64,000 nt of DNA from Balanoglossus misakiensis. Its lineage: Eukaryota; Animalia; Hemichordata. The DNA lies in assembly GCA_040954595.2 (NCBI GenBank), contig CM082578.2, positions 587,740 to 651,739 of the forward strand. Reading direction: 5' to 3'. A program made the translations under genes and the position numbers. Of the stretch, positions 63,001 to 64,000 are shown piece by piece (position 1 is the stretch's first letter; each line of letters begins with the position of its first letter). Below the pieces are notes generated by a model. It was given only the letters and a program-made list of their open reading frames with translations. It was not told the DNA's origin and did not search any database.

Positions 63001-64000
63001 AGGTCACCACTTCATAAGCGGTCTTACCCGTCATTGGCACAAACAGTCTCAGGAAGTAAGCTTTCAGCCTACCAATGTAGCTATTGTATTTTCCACTTTT
63101 TGTAAGTGAAGCCTGACTGTCGCCTGTCTTAGGTCACCACTTCATAAGCGGTCTTACCCGTCATTGGCACAAACAGTCTCAGGAAGTAAGCTTTCAGCCT
63201 ACCAATGTAGCTATTGTATTTTCCACTTTTTGTAAGTGAAGCCTGACTGTCGCCTGTCTTAGGTCACCACTTCATAAGAGGTCTTACCCGTCATTGGCAC
63301 AAACAGTCTCAGGAAGTAAGCTTTCAGCCTACCAATGTAGGTATTATATTTTCCACTTTTTGTAAGTGAAGCCTGACTGTCGCCTGTCTTAGGTCACCAC
63401 TTCATAAGAGGTCTTACCCGTCATTGGCACAAACAGACAGGAAGTAAGCTTTCAGCCTACCAATGTAGCTTTTGTATTTTCAACTGTTTGTAAGTGAAGC
63501 CTGACTGTCGCCTGTCTTAGGTCACCACTTCATAAGAGGTCTTACCCGTCATTGGCACAAACAGTCTCAGGAAGTAAGCTTTCAGCCTACCAATGTAGCT
63601 ATTATATTTTCCACTTTTTGTAAGTGAAGCCTGACTGTCGCCTGTCTTAGGTCACCACTTCATAAGCGGTCTTACCCGTCATTGGCACAAACAGTCTCAG
63701 GAAGTAAGCTTTCAGCCTACCAATGTAGCTATTGTATTTTCCACTTTTTGTAAGTGAAGCCTGACTGTCGCCTGTCTTAGGTCACCACTTCATAAGCGGT
63801 CTTACCCGTCATTGGCACAAACAGTCTCAGGAAGTAAGCTTTCAGCCAACCAATGTAGCTATTGTATTTTCCACTTTTTGTAAGTGAAGCCTGACTGTCG
63901 CCTGTCTTAGGTCACCACTTCATAAGTGTTCTTACCCGTCATTGGCACAAACAGTCTCAGGAAGTAAGCTTTCAGCCTACCAATGTAGCTATTATATTTT
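48003..64000 (+). repeat. 130-bp satellite, block 3 (~123 monomers, continues past the window)
   Basis: Head-to-tail monomers in register with block 2 across the CACTA element. Confidence 0.98.

Noticed and set aside
14889-64000. CRISPR array or RNA-gene (5S/tRNA/snRNA) cluster
   Set aside because: Monomers are contiguous with no unique spacers, there are no cas genes, and no recognisable 5S, tRNA or snRNA motif; eukaryotic TE context.

Overview
Eukaryotic (animal, probably marine invertebrate; inferred from the TE repertoire only) heterochromatin-like window with no host protein-coding gene. About half is a 130-bp satellite (about 244 monomers in three blocks: 14889-16608, 27412-41375, 48003-64000). 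It is preceded by a roughly 2.06-kb macro-repeat containing an 81-bp sub-repeat. Into these are inserted two decayed Gmr1-type Gypsy LTR retrotransposons with integrase upstream of RT (1635-10236, PBS tRNA-Leu; 16609-27411, PBS tRNA-Pro, TSD GCGG). There are also several non-autonomous DNA transposons with readable ends: two CACTA/EnSpm-like (4368-8886; 41376-48002), one Kolobok-like MITE, an Academ-like composite carrying an L1/Tx1 RT fragment, a Helentron/HINE-like element and two TIR-less long-hairpin (Crypton-like) elements. Most notable: the 6.6-kb CACTA element in the satellite carries a BEN-domain gene whose domain is restored in frame once a 387-bp hairpin element is removed. The satellite shows local higher-order duplications (11-, 12-, 27-mers) and a layered, symmetric variant structure. 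All alignments were done by eye; no database searches were run.
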